Assembly (NCBI RefSeq): GCF_000143415.4
Contig: NW_003314370.1
Coordinates: 501,629 to 565,628, forward strand
DNA from: Selaginella moellendorffii
Lineage: Eukaryota > Plantae > Lycopodiophyta
Length of the DNA stretch: 64,000 bases
Direction of reading: 5' to 3'
The notes beneath the pieces are model-generated. The model was not told the DNA's origin. It was given only the letters and a program-made list of their open reading frames with translations, and did not search any database. Both the position numbers and the translations under genes were made by a program. Positions within the stretch are counted from its first letter, which is position 1; each line of letters opens with the position of its first letter. This document shows, in pieces, positions 51,301 through 64,000 of this stretch.

Positions 51301-53039
51301 GTAAATTTGCTACAATATGATGATATTGCTCTTCATACTCCAGATGCATATAGAGCTGTGAAAAATATCTTAGAAATAGAAAATTAAATAGAAAAAAATA
51401 TTACCACAGTTACGTCCAATGGATTATCAGAAGAAGCAATCTTTATTTTAGGAAGAATACTAGTGTTGATTACAACAGCATGTATAGCTTGTGGATAAAC
51501 ACTAGTAGCCATTAAAGATGATATAGAAGCACCTCTAGTTGGCTGTAATCTTAGTTTAACATGAAAATCATCTATAATTTGAATGATAGAAGAATCTATA
51601 ATATAAAGAACTTTTTCTGAAGTTCCATAGTGGTAAATTGTCTGAAGTGAGAGAATTATAATCTTGTTAATTTTTTTAAAAACATTATGAACCTTGTAAG
51701 TGAGAAACATTTGCCAACTATAAATTTATTATATAATCACGCACATATGGATGAATTGCCATATACAGTTAAAGTTTGCAAGCCATGCATATTTGTACAA
51801 TCCATTATATAAGTTAAATATTTTGCACTTCACAGAGTGTTCTTTGCAAAATGAACTTTATAAGTTCCATACCTAGGCTGTCCATCAATTTGCTCTTCCC
51901 AATGACTCCTCTTTGACAAAACTCTCCCTCCTCCATTGATCTTTGTTTTCTACCCACTGCCCACTCACATAATAGGGAGCCATACAGAGGAAGATTTAAG
52001 CTTCATCCATGGATGCGTTCTAGGTTAATTGATTGATTCTAGGCAATCAATCAGTACTGCTGTGGTGGGTTTCTGATCCTGGATCGTGGCTCTCAGCTCA
52101 AACCTCTAGGGAGAGGCAATCCTCAATCAATTCACTAGTCTAAATATGATTTTCTTGACGCTTGCCAAGGACAAGAGCAATCCATTGGAGCCAGTGGAGA
52201 ATGAAGCGGCCGAGAACAACGATAGCATTGTGATTGATCTTGAGGGGACCGTACTCAAATCCCTGAGTTAGTTTCAATACTTCATGCTTGTCGCAATTGA
52301 GGTTGGGAGCCCCCTATGAGCGCTCCTCTTTTTCATTCTTTCCTTCACGTGGATCACTGGCTGCCTTGTCCATCCAGCCCAAGAGCTCCAAATTCTCTGC
52401 TTCATGGTGATGGCTGGATTGAGGGCCTTGGCAGTGGAACTTTGAGAGCTCCCTTGCAATTGCCATTCTAGACATAGAATCCAACCAATGCACTGTACAT
52501 TACATGGTTTTTTTGGCTCATGCTCCAAAAACCATGCACACTCATGATGATATAAAGTGGTTAGAAATATTTATAAATTATATATAATGAATAACCACCA
52601 TTGGATGATAGAATATTCTAGAATACCCAAGCATATTCTAGGTATATTCATTACCATCTCAGTCTCTCTATAGGTTTGCTTAAGCAAACCAAAAACTGAT
52701 GTGTAATAGCCTAGATAGAATGTGGAGAAATTTATTTTATTAAAGCCAGTGAAGAAAAACAATACTATCCTTTGATATTTAAAATTAAATTACAACGTAA
52801 AAAATATATATTATAAATCAGATTATTATTTTCACTAATTATATAATATATTAGATAAAATATTTATTAAATGTTAAGTATATTTAAGTTTTTTATTTTT
52901 TAATATAAATAACAAATAGTATACATTTTTACAAAAGCACTAAAAGCTTTAAATTTAATATATTATTTTTAAAACAATTTAGATTGAAACCCTAATCAAT
53001 CTTTTATATATATATATATATATATCCTGATCTCTTATA

Positions 53040-53179
53040 TATACTTGATTATAAAAGTAGGTATATTAATTGGGGTTTAGACCCCTATTTATATACAAGA
53101 ATGGATGGACCAAATTTAGTCCCAAATAAACGATTTATATGCTTGAGTACTATAATTAATGTATTACCTAGGCAGAATA

Positions 53180-53261
<82 letters not shown>

Positions 53262-54083
53262 TTACAAACCTTACACCATCCTCCCTTCCAGAAGATGAAT
53301 AAAGTGATCAGGTGGAAAATTTAAAAATTTTGTTAAACTATTATAAACAATCACAAGAATTTGAAGCTCCTACAAAACTGGTAACAAAGCTACTGACAAC
53401 TATGACTAAAAGAAAATCCAAAGCCATCATATAAGCATTAGTCAACTATAAAATCTCGATAAATCAATTGTAACTTCGTGTGCAATAGCTAAATGTTTAA
53501 ACCAACCTTGAAACTATAACTTTAAACCAAAATAATCACACCTCACAATACCAAAAGCTCGATCTAATGGAGTAACATTTATAGCCTCAAGTGACATACT
53601 CTTTGATTGATGATGATGTGGCATGGTAAAAGAAGAAAATGTACTAAAAATTAAAAGAAAGAATAAATAGCCTTAAATAACATACTCCTTGATTGATAAC
53701 AACTTGGCATGGTAAAGAAGAAAATGCAATAAAGATTAAAAGAAAGAATAAATTTAAGCACAATGATAGCTAAAATTCTAGATCTTGCAAAAAGTTAATA
53801 CAAATTTAAATCTAAAAAACAATGAGGAAATAAAAATAAAAAACATGATCCCAAATACTAGAGCAAACACTGCCAAAAATCTTTGCTCGTCAAGGATAAA
53901 TTGTAGTGCCCTTCATCTCCACCAATGTGAGTGTTTAGGATATATAAATAAATATATTAATTGGGGTTTAAACCCTTGCTTATATACAAGAATGAATTTA
54001 GTCCTAAATAGATGGTTTATAGTATTATAATTAATATATTACCTAACCAGGGTAATACATGCATATACAAATATGTATTTACA
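53040..54083 (-). mobile_element. TRIM-like element, most complete copy
   Basis: 5' LTR 54083-53926 (TGTA...CACA), PBS TGGTGGAGATG, AT-rich non-coding interior, PPT GGAAGGGAGGA, 3' LTR starting TGTAAGG at 53275 and containing (TA)n. Confidence 0.75.
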
Positions 54084-54949
54084 AATCTTTTTAAGAAATT
54101 CTATTTCTTTATATTATAATGATATTTCACATTTATTTCTCAATTAAAACCAGAATGATCAAAGGTTTTAAAATAAATTCTCTCTCTCTCTCTCTCCCTC
54201 TCTCTCTAATCAATCTTACTTCCAAGCTTGCAAGTTTGTCCTTGATCTGCTCTAAAAGATTCCAAGTGTTTCTCTTATTTGCTTGAATCATAGGATGATC
54301 TTAAGTTCATTTGCTTCTTCCTCTGCTTTTCCAGCTTCTTTGCTTTGAGCGCAACTTAGAAGGATTAGCAGTTTTCACTTTCAGGATGGGTGGTGCGTCT
54401 CTCGTCATGCATTTGTGGCGGCGGTAAGGCTTTTCCAGACTTGTGGATGGTAAAGAGAAAGCCAGCCACGCCATAGCCAAGCCAGCACTCATATACCAGG
54501 TTAAAGAGGTCTGTCACTGATAATAGATGGATCCAGAGGGAGAGAGAGAGAGAGAGCAGTGGCATCCAACGCCCTTTCAATCAATCCATCCATCCAAAGT
54601 TCTATAATGCTCCACCACGATCCCTTCCGCTGATCTTGGATCTCGCCATGGTTACACGCTAGTTGCTCGAGTCATGGCGAGCGAGAGTTTTTGCATTGTG
54701 GGGTCACGAAAAACTTCCTTTTTTTTGTCGTCGCGAGTTGACTGCCTGGAAGTTGAAAGGATCGAAAGCTCTCTCGTCGTGGATAGCATAGATTTCTAGT
54801 GTTTTTTCTTCACACTTTCTCGTCGGGTCCATGGCGGTGGTGGCGCTGTTGCATTGAGCGATCGAGAGCTGCTCTCGCTAATGGGCCATCGAAGAACCCG
54901 ATCTCTAGCGAGGAAAAGTGAGGATAGATTGACGGAAGCAAGACTGGAT

Positions 54950-55502
54950 ATGGTGGTGGTGATGGTGTTCTTCCTTTCCCTGGCTTTACCCGTTGAGAGC
55001 TCCGAGAACGATGATGTGCTGGGACTCATCGTCTTCAAGGAGGATCTTCACGACCCACGACGAGCGCTAGCCTCCTGGAGCGAGGATTCGGCGAGCCCGT
55101 GTAACTGGACCGGGATCCAGTGTAGCCCACACGCTCGATGGCCTGGAGCTCTCGGGACTGCTGGGACGGGGCCTCCTCAAGCTCGACCACCTCCAGGTGC
55201 TCTCGCTCGCCAGGAACAATCTCTCCGCGGATTCGCGTGCTCGAATCCTTGCGAAACCTGAGCTTGAGCCACAACGCTCTCTCGGATCCCCTCCCTGGAG
55301 CCAGCCTCGCCAGTTTGGAGCTCCGGGAGTGTGCCCACCCGAGCTCTTCGCCCATTGGTCCAAGTCCCTGAGGTACGTGTTTCTGCAGCTTGAGGGCGAT
55401 CTCCCGGACTCCATCGCCAGCTGCGAGAGCTTGGAAGCTCTAGGAGCGTCCGAGAACCGGCTCTCGGGCTCCATCCCAGCCGGAGTTGGATCGCTGTCCC
55501 GG
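54950..55502 (+). pseudogene. 5' part of IRK-like LRR fragment (copy 3), interrupted at 55502
   Basis: Homologous to 40006-40581 with an extra deletion. Homology stops after TCGCTGTCCCGG. Confidence 0.85.
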
Positions 55503-57852
55503 GTGCTCAAGTACGTTGTTACTAGCAACCATGATGCCAGGGAGAGTCTAAAGCATGGAATTGTCCAAATTAGACCATATAGCAATTAGAAAGCTTGCAA
55601 AAGAAAAGGCTTTAGCAAGCTAAGGGATAGAGTTCCTTCAAGGTCCTTAAAGATAATTCTAGGTAGCTTAGTACCTAGAAAGACAATGATAAATGGTTCA
55701 TAAAATGCGCAAAATTAGAGTGGTGTAGCAGAAGTGTGGTCTTGAAGTTTGCCATGAGGCGAAGCTATCAAGTTTGGGGAAGTAGTTCTTGAGTGTTCAA
55801 AGAAAGGGCTTTGAATAAAAGTCAATAGTTAAGGATTTTCACGCTTATGCATGAACCATATTACGCTGGCCGAATGACTTGCTAAATGAGATGGGCAAGT
55901 CGGGGGAACAAATACCCTAGTTGAAAGTGCTAACATAAAAAAGGGTGGCCATGGAGGAGTCTATGCATGATCATAGACATGTCAAGTGAGAGGACTTGGC
56001 AGTGTGGAGGAACTAGGTTCCTAAGCTGTAATCTGTAGTGCGTTTTAAGTATATGTTAGTGCATCGATATGGGGAGTCACGCCAAGCATCTTGGGTGATG
56101 CTGTTCGTAGATGCATATATGGAGGTTGGGTTCGAGTCTCGACCTTCTAGTGTTTGGGTTTGAGTCCCAACTCACTAGGGTGCGGTGATGGTTTGGAATA
56201 TGAGAACACTCATTTTTTTATGGTCATGGACTCTTAGTAAAGATACTAGCTTGGGCACACCGCTTGGGATGCTCCGGAGTTGTGATACATAGTTAGATTG
56301 CTTAGTGAAAGCTCAGCATATTTAACTTGAACACTTTGGTGCAAGGGGCACCAAGGACATGGTGAATGAGATGGGGACACCCAATCTCAATTGCTATGGA
56401 CCCTTGGCCGGAAGGGCTGGCTTGGGCATATTGCCAAGCCCCTGGGGTCATGGTCAATAACTTAAAAGTCTAGAAGACCTAGTACCTATTGGCAAACCTG
56501 TTAAAGTGCCATGGTTAAATCACTATGTGATCTTATGGCTAAAACAAGGACAAAATCCTTGTGAGGATAAGGAATAAGGTTCCTAGTTCAAAACATTGAT
56601 TTGAACTATTGACGATGGTGTGGCTTGGGCAAGGGGACCAAGTGGGAAGAACACCTAAAGGAAATGAGCTATATCAAAGCAATGACATACTGAGTCCGAA
56701 AAAAATAGTCTCCATAAAAGACCCATGGGAGGGTCACAAGGTTGGGCCGTGGATAGAACCTACAGCAGAAAATGCTAAAGAGACGTACTAGGAGTGAACA
56801 CCCTTTGGACTTAGCAAAGTAAAGCTTTTGTTATGGAACCAAAAGGATACATTGAGAATAGAGGTAGCGATCTTATGTTGCTGGGTGCAATAATTAAGGA
56901 TAGGAGCAAAAGACTAGTGGCTAAGAAAAGAGCTATGGGAATCATGGAAAAGAATCCAAATGGCAAAGTTAGGCCAAGAACACTAAGGTGTTAGGTGCTA
57001 ACGGATTGTGGGGAAAGCAATGTGTTTCCAAGGATAGATTCTCAATTGCTCTAATGTGGCGAAAGTGGAAGCTCCAAAGGAGGGAGCAGTAAAGTAGCCA
57101 AATGATAGGGCCGTGGACAACCTTAGCACAAATTATGATAACTGAAACTTAGTGCCAAAGGTGGCACTAAATCAAAGAGAGGATGATGGTGCCCTCAAGT
57201 AGAGAACTTCCTAGGATGGGGAAGTGGAGTTGCACCATATATACAATGCAAGGTGTCGGAGACATTTAGGAAATTGACTTTGAGAAGTCAAAATTAAAAA
57301 TTCCAAAGTGCAAAGGTTATATCGAAAACTACTCGAGAATGAATAGTAGGATTGAGATCAAGAAGGTATCTCTAACAAGTTTAGTGAGAACTAAACCAAT
57401 AAAAAGAGAGAACCACCACAAGTGGTTGAATGAGCCTCTAAGTTGGAAAGACTATGTTCCTTAGAGGATGGGCAAGGCATGGTGAGCCTTTGGTATCAAA
57501 CTATTGACGAATATTAACAAGGGACCAAGGATGGAAAGGGTAATAGAAGTTGGTATTACTTTATAAAATAGTTTAACGTTCGATGAAGACATCGAACTTC
57601 GTCTATGGGTGGTGGAGTTGTGAGGCACAAAATCCCTAAGCCCCAAAGTGGAGCCGGAAGGGTGCCACGTGGTAGTGGCTAAAGTGAAAGCCAAACAAAC
57701 GTAACATGTTTGGACTAAAAGCTCAAACTTAAAAGGTCAAGAGCGGGAGTGGAACTCCCAACGAAATGCTCAAGAAACAAGCACGGAGCAAGCAATAAGT
57801 GAGTCCCTAGAAAAGGACACAAGAGGACCAACACATGACACATGGCAGAGTC

Positions 57853-58200
57853 CAAGATGGACCCAAGATGGACCCGAGATGGAGTTCAAGATGGAGTCCA
57901 AGATGGACCTGAGATGGACCTGAGATGGAGTCTGAGATGGACCCGAGATGGACTCCGAGATGGACCCGAGATGGAGTCTGAGATGGACCCAAGATGGAGT
58001 CTGAGGAGGACTCGAGATGGAGTTCAAGATGGACCCAAGATGGACCTGAGATGGAGTCTGAGATGGAGTCCGAGATGGACCCAAGATGGACTCGAGATGG
58101 AGTCCGAGATGGACCCAAGCTGGAGTCCGAAATGGAGTCTGAGATGGAATTGAGACCGAGACCAAGACCAAGATTGAGACCAAGTCCGAGTCCGAGTCCG
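57853..58200. repeat. Tandem array of 11-12-bp units (GAGATGGACCC / GAGATGGAGTCT) followed by GAGACC/GAGTCC hexamers
   Basis: Directly visible. Confidence 0.92.
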
Positions 58201-58353
58201 AATACTAATACAAGCACTTGGGTGAAAGTGAAAGCCCAAAGCGATCGTTCCCCCCGGGGGGGGGGGGGCTGTGGGGGTTTTCACAAGTATAGTGGGGAGA
58301 ATATGGGGGTTGGAGCCCAGTGGAGCCAGTTTGGGCCAGGAAGGTTGTATCTA

Positions 58354-58611
58354 NNNNNNNNNNNNNNNNNNNNNNNNNNNNNNNNNNNNNNNNNNNNNNN
58401 NNNNNNNNNNNNNNNNNNNNNNNNNNNNNNNNNNNNNNNNNNNNNNNNNNNNNNNNNNNNNNNNNNNNNNNNNNNNNNNNNNNNNNNNNNNNNNNNNNNN
58501 NNNNNNNNNNNNNNNNNNNNNNNNNNNNNNNNNNNNNNNNNNNNNNNNNNNNNNNNNNNNNNNNNNNNNNNNNNNNNNNNNNNNNNNNNNNNNNNNNNNN
58601 NNNNNNNNNNN
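58354..58611. other. Assembly gap
   Basis: N run. Confidence 1.
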
Positions 58612-58943
58612 GATCTGGGATGACCACTCATGGACGGATGGCCTAGTCTTTGAGAGACGGGATTGCAACACAGGTGGTGTTAGACCACTGATGTGACCAA
58701 GGTGAATGGGCATGGCCTAGTGTAATGGCCTGATATGTTGGTGGTACCATAGGGTGTCGGTCATGGGATCGAACACATGGAGCACTTGGACCAAGTGCAA
58801 AGGTTGAGTGGCATGGATGCCATTCTCGGGGTTAGTAAACCCCAAGTTCTGAATTGGACTTATAAAGGTTGTGAGTGAGACTCCTCCTAGTGGTCGGAGA
58901 GATAGTTAAGTGACTAAAGTAGAATGGAAAAATTAGTCGCTTA

Positions 58944-59820
58944 TACATTGGTCTTGGAGGTGTGTTGATGCAAGAGAGCTCCAGTGTGCCTGGTCAGCGC
59001 CATCCCATTGCGTATATAAGCCGTACATTACAACCAACAGAAATGTACTCCAAGACAGAGAATGAGTGTTTAGCAGCAGTCTAGGGTTTCGAGAAACTTC
59101 ATGCATATCTACATGGTTCTCGGATGTTACTTAAAGGTGACCATGCTACTGTTACTTCATTATTAAAGCGGAAAAACCTGGTTGGTTGTACTACTTGATG
59201 GGCTTTGAAGCTTCAGATATATGATTTTGATGTTATTCATTGCCAAGGGAGTTCTATGCTAATGCCCTTTTTTGAGCTCCTCTTCCTTCTCCACTCTCTT
59301 CTCATATTTTTTATGAGTCTGTTATTCCAGCATCTATGGATTTTCTAAACGAGGATTTTGTGTTGTTGGCAGTTGCTATACTTGACGTTCAGTGTCCACA
59401 AGGCACAAAGCAAGATCTACCTTCTCTTAATGAGGTTCGTGAGGCTCAAAAAATTGAGCCGTAGATTCGAAAGCTTCAAGATGGGTTTGAAAATCCTGCA
59501 TCATTTGCTGATGACTTGCTTTTCGAGCATTTACATTCTCAATATCGCTTTGAAGATGGCCTTCTTTATTTTGTGGGGATGGATCCTGATAATCATTTAC
59601 AGCTAGTGGTGCTTTTTATCTTTATTCCGTAGTTTCTCTATGCCTACCATAATTCTCTTGTTCTAGGTGGGTATATAAGACATCAGCGTGTAACCGAGAA
59701 GCTGCACAGGTCTTTCTATTGGCCGGAGATGTGACATGATATTATCCGATATGTGCATAACTACGTTTGATGCCAATCTCGTAATACTCCCCCTCGTGTT
59801 GCAGAAGGACAATTGAAGTC
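58944..59820 (+). mobile_element. Degenerate Ty3/gypsy RNase H and integrase N-terminus
   Basis: IGLGGVLMQ..HPIAYISRTL, ECLA, GDHA, WALKLQIYDFDVIH, FYWP, GQLKSL. Stops and frameshifts. Confidence 0.85.
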
Positions 59821-59821
59821 A

Positions 59822-61935
59822 TTAGAAACTAGTAAATATCACCAATTATTAAGAACTCTAAATAAAAAGCAAAGAATAATACATGATAACTTCATATTGA
59901 AAAAAAAAAAACAACATAACAAACAGCTATACTTATTTTTAATAAGAGCAGAAATTGGAAAATTAATGCTTTTAAATACACTTATAAAAACACTCAAATG
60001 ATATTATAAAACAAACCAAGATATAAATAATGAACCACGACAAACAGCAGCACTTACAGGAAAAACATCTTGTAATATAAATGGTTCAACAATACATTCA
60101 GCTTTTACATTTCGACCATAAGCATCAAAACAACATCAAACAATATTAACAAATGACACATTAGATAAATATAAGAGAAAGTTTTCAACAATAAATTGTT
60201 TAGTAATAGATGAAATATCAATGGTAAGTGTAGAAATGCTACAAGATATAAATAGAAAATGTGAAAGCTTCAAAACAACATATGGAATAAACTTTGGTGG
60301 GATGGATTGTTTATTTACAAGTGATTTCTATCAATTCAATCCTATATTGAAGCATCAATTTATCAACAAAAACATATAGACCTGAAAATAATGTCTCTAT
60401 ATAGCACCCATGGAAAAATAATATTAAAGTCTATGAACTTACTGAAATAATGAGGCAAAAAGATGATATAATCTTTATAAAAGCTTTAAATAAAATAAAA
60501 ATAGGAGAACAACCAGATAAAGAGCTAGAATATATAAATAAACAAGTCACCACAGATACATATAACACAGAATACTATTCAATATTTTCAACTAATGAAC
60601 AAGTAAGAAAACATAATGAAAAAATAATACAACACATACAAGGTCAAGATATAATTATAAAAGCACAAGACAAACATGGAAATTCCTGTCCTACACATTT
60701 TATGCTGCCAGATGACACAAGAAAAACACAAGGACTACATGAAATATTACATTTGAAAAAGAAAATGGCAATTGAAATAACACAAAATATAGCAACAAAA
60801 GATGGATTGGTAAATGGAGCAAATGGAGTAGTACAAGATGTAACCCAGATTGAAGAAAAATAAATAATGTGGATAGAATTCCCAAATATAAAAACAGGTG
60901 AAAAAACAAGAGCTAAAGAAAACATAACAATAAAGAAAAATAATGGAAAAGAAACTGGACACCAATAAAAAAAAAACAAGAATAATAAATATTACTAAAA
61001 ATAAAAATTATGTTATAAGTAGAACCCAATTTCCAATACAACCATGCGCAAGAAGAACAATACATAGAGCACAAGGATCAACAGTTATGCAATTAGGATA
61101 TGACTCATATAAAACAAAATATCTAGAACAAGCATATACAGCATTATCAAGAGCACAAACACTAAAAGGTATACATTTATATAGACCAATTGAACATAAA
61201 CATATTAAAAATCAATAAAGATGCAGCTAAAGAAATATTAAGAATGACAACAGAAGCACTATAGCAAATTGATTTAATAGATTTACAAGAAGAAAAAATA
61301 GCTAACCAAACAATTATACAAGTTCTAAATACAACATCTATTACTGCACATAAAGACGATATAGAGAGTGATTCACAATTATTAACATCAGATATGATAT
61401 GTATGCAAGAAGTAAGAACACAAAAACATGAGGATTTAAATTTTAATAAATATAAATCATATATACATGAACATTGCATACAAATGACTATAAATCATAG
61501 AACATCTAAAAACAGAAACATTGGCAATGTCATATGTATCACTAGAAAAAAAATTTAAAAATTAAAGATAAAAAATTTACATAGAAAACCTGGAACAAAT
61601 ATACAAATATTCATAAAACAACTACAAAAATATATACAGAAAATAGATAATAAAAAGCCAGTAATAATTACAGGAGATTTCAATATTGACTACCAAAAAG
61701 AAGAAGCAAAACCACTTCAAACAATAATGGAGAAAGAAGGATGCATATAAATAATAAAGCACAACACATGTAATAATAAATTAATAGATCATATATGGAT
61801 AAAAGATATAATATATACAAAAGCAGGAATAGGACCTGCATATTGGACAGATCATAACAAATTATACATCCTAATAAAAAATATAAAAACAAAAGCAAAC
61901 CATGCAATGCAACACACAGCAATTTTATTTACTAG
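59822..61935 (+). mobile_element. Helitron-type helicase plus endonuclease (copy 3, inverted, 5'-truncated)
   Basis: Reverse complement of 32690-34815. Motifs IDEISMVS, MRQKDD, HRAQGST, GDFN, IDHIW. Confidence 0.85.
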
Positions 61936-62500
61936 ATTCAACTCTCTTTTGTCCAAAAAACTTATTCACAATAATTTCTAGCATAAATTTTGTTAAATCT
62001 GCAAGGAATTGCCATACCACTTCTTCCAATCCCACTGGGCAATGATTTGTGGATGACAATTGCATGTATGCCTTTTAATTTTCTACTTTGGTAGCATAAC
62101 TTATCAACATGTTGCAGTGTTAGTGATCAAGCTTTATCTATTCAAATTTGAGTGTGTGCTTATTCTCATTTTCTCAAAATAAGTGGTGGCCAAAGGTTTT
62201 GCAACCTCTCCGCCACCTTTTGCTGCAGTGCAAGCTCTAGCGAGGCGAGCCAAAATTGCATGGATCATGCATGCAATTGTAGAAGCAACCATTTGGGTAG
62301 AGGCCAACGTGGTCTCCGGTCGTCTTTGGTCTTCACACCGGTCGTTGATCTGGTTTTTGACCTCGAGAAAGCATTCCATTTTGCTGGAAGCTTGAAGTTG
62401 ATCGGTGGAGAATGAGCCTAGCACCAGGGGACAGCCATTAGCCCGCGGAGGTGAGAAAGTGGGACTGAGGTCCATTACATTCTCTAATGGAATGTTGTTT

Positions 62501-64000
62501 CTACGGGAGAGAAGCCAGGATCTGGCTGGCTGTCGGCCTGAGGCTCCTGTTTGGATGTAGCATGCTCCGAATCTTCTCTGCCAATTCCTGGTTTGCAATT
62601 TCCCACTCCTTTGGGAAGATGCCATCCTTAGCCAGCTGCATCGTGGAGTCTCTGTCTTGGTTCTCGGGTGAGAAGCGGCAATTGAGCTCGAAAAGTATCA
62701 TCCCCAGGCTGAAAATATCGGAAGCCATCTCATTCTCGAGTTGCTTTGGCGAGGAGTACATGCCTGTCCCAACTTTCCCACCCTCTCTCGGGAGCGACAA
62801 CTTCTTCTTCGCTGGAAAAATAAATATGAGAACCTCTGGCAAGGAGGAAACTAGAAAACTACGTACCCAGCCCGAAATCTCCCAGTTTCAGGCGATTATA
62901 GTCGTCGAAAAAGATATTCTTCGGAGCGATGTCTCTGTGAATGATTTTTTTTTCATGCAGGTACTCAACAGCTTGAACGAGCTCGTTGAACGCTGCCACC
63001 GGGATCAAGGCTTTTGGATCTTCCAGCATATCTTTTAACGAGCTGTAAAAATGGCTTGTCAGCTCGAAAAAAGGAAAAAAAAAAAAAAAAAAGGGAAAGA
63101 TTTTACACACTGGTACCTCGTGCAGTATTGCATTTGGATGTACACCACACAACCCCCACCAGGCTGCTCCTCCCACCAAGAAGTATGATATTTCACAATG
63201 TTTGCATGAGCCAGAGTTGAAAGTGTTCTTGCTTCCTTCATGACACTCTCAAGGTCTTTCCGGACATGGATCTGCAAAGCATAGATTAGAGAGCTTTGGT
63301 TCATGACATACACTCCAAGCTCACCTGCTTTACCGCGTACACTTGTCCGTCAAACTTGTGTCGGCACATGTAAACCACACCGTCAGCACCTCTTCCAAGC
63401 TGTTTGATCAACGTGAATTCTTCATTGAACTTGGTGTTGATGTGCTTTGTTCCCAGCTCACCGCCGCAGAGATCCTTGACAATGTAATTAAACGTCCTCT
63501 CCGACAAATCCTACACATACAATTAGAGAAACACTGTGACAACTCAAAACAAACGCTTACTCCGGACGCCTTGAGGCATCGCGCGGCATTGAGCAATGTT
63601 GAGCTCAGCTCATCCTTGGTTGCAGCTGAAAGTGGCTCCGGTGCCCTCCTCAAATGAGGAGGAGTGTATCCCTGGAGGAGGAGTAACGCAATCGTTGTGT
63701 GTAGCCAAAAATGGAATGTACCTTTTTAGTCATGGGAGGAGTGGAGCAACACCGAGGCCCTGCCAAGAATGCACCGGCCGTTTTGAGGTAATCGCTGTGG
63801 AGGAAAACTGGCTGTGCTGCCGGAGACCAGAACTGCATCGCAGATCTCAGCACGTTTACCACGGGGCCACGCAAAAAGCTTCCGGTGAACACAGTCTTCT
63901 TCACGTTCTGTCCGGCAGCGGTGAGCGAAGCTATCTGGGAGATGTTGTTCACTATCATCCGAAGGAGTGACATAGCAATGTCCTCCTCTCGCCAATGCCC
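62501..64000 (-). CDS. PanK-like / eIF2-alpha-kinase-like fusion (copy 3, inverted; exons 6-11 in the window)
   Basis: Reverse complement of ~30625-32124 with identical translations. Confidence 0.85.

Larger units (their letters stand above)
55503..58940. mobile_element. Unclassified repetitive element following the LRR break (contains an N gap)
   Basis: Same composition as 24961-27695 and shares a ~350-bp segment with it. Confidence 0.5.

Noticed and set aside
57770-58713. ORFs with MESE/GPS repeats and X runs
   Set aside because: Products of the minisatellite and the N gap.

Overview
Eukaryotic plant genomic DNA. Very short GT-AG introns, dense genes and a PLS-type PPR gene suggest a lycophyte such as Selaginella (inference). 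Positions 1-20.4 kb are gene-dense: PPR, membrane-anchored ascorbate peroxidase, a CYP72-clan P450 plus a decayed tandem copy, a GST/thioredoxin-fold protein, a FAM228-like gene, AKR2-like ankyrin, ELF4-like, mitochondrial ATP synthase OSCP, a TIGR01589-type protein, VMP1/KMS1 and a broken DUO1-like MYB. Positions 21.7-64 kb are a transposon-rich, rearranged array. Its key element is a repeated cassette: a truncated IRK-like LRR gene, an intronless NIF/SCP-type HAD phosphatase, an 11-exon ~635-aa gene fusing a degenerate type II pantothenate kinase domain to a GCN2/eIF2-alpha-kinase-like domain, and a convergent decayed Helitron-type PIF1 helicase with a C-terminal EEP endonuclease. The cassette occurs as two direct copies (offset 12,886 bp) and a third, inverted copy running off the window end. 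The PanK-eIF2-alpha-kinase fusion was assembled by hand from splice sites and is not visible in the ORF track. Together with its neighbouring phosphatase it is the best candidate for an undescribed system. All family assignments rest on motif recognition; no searches were run.
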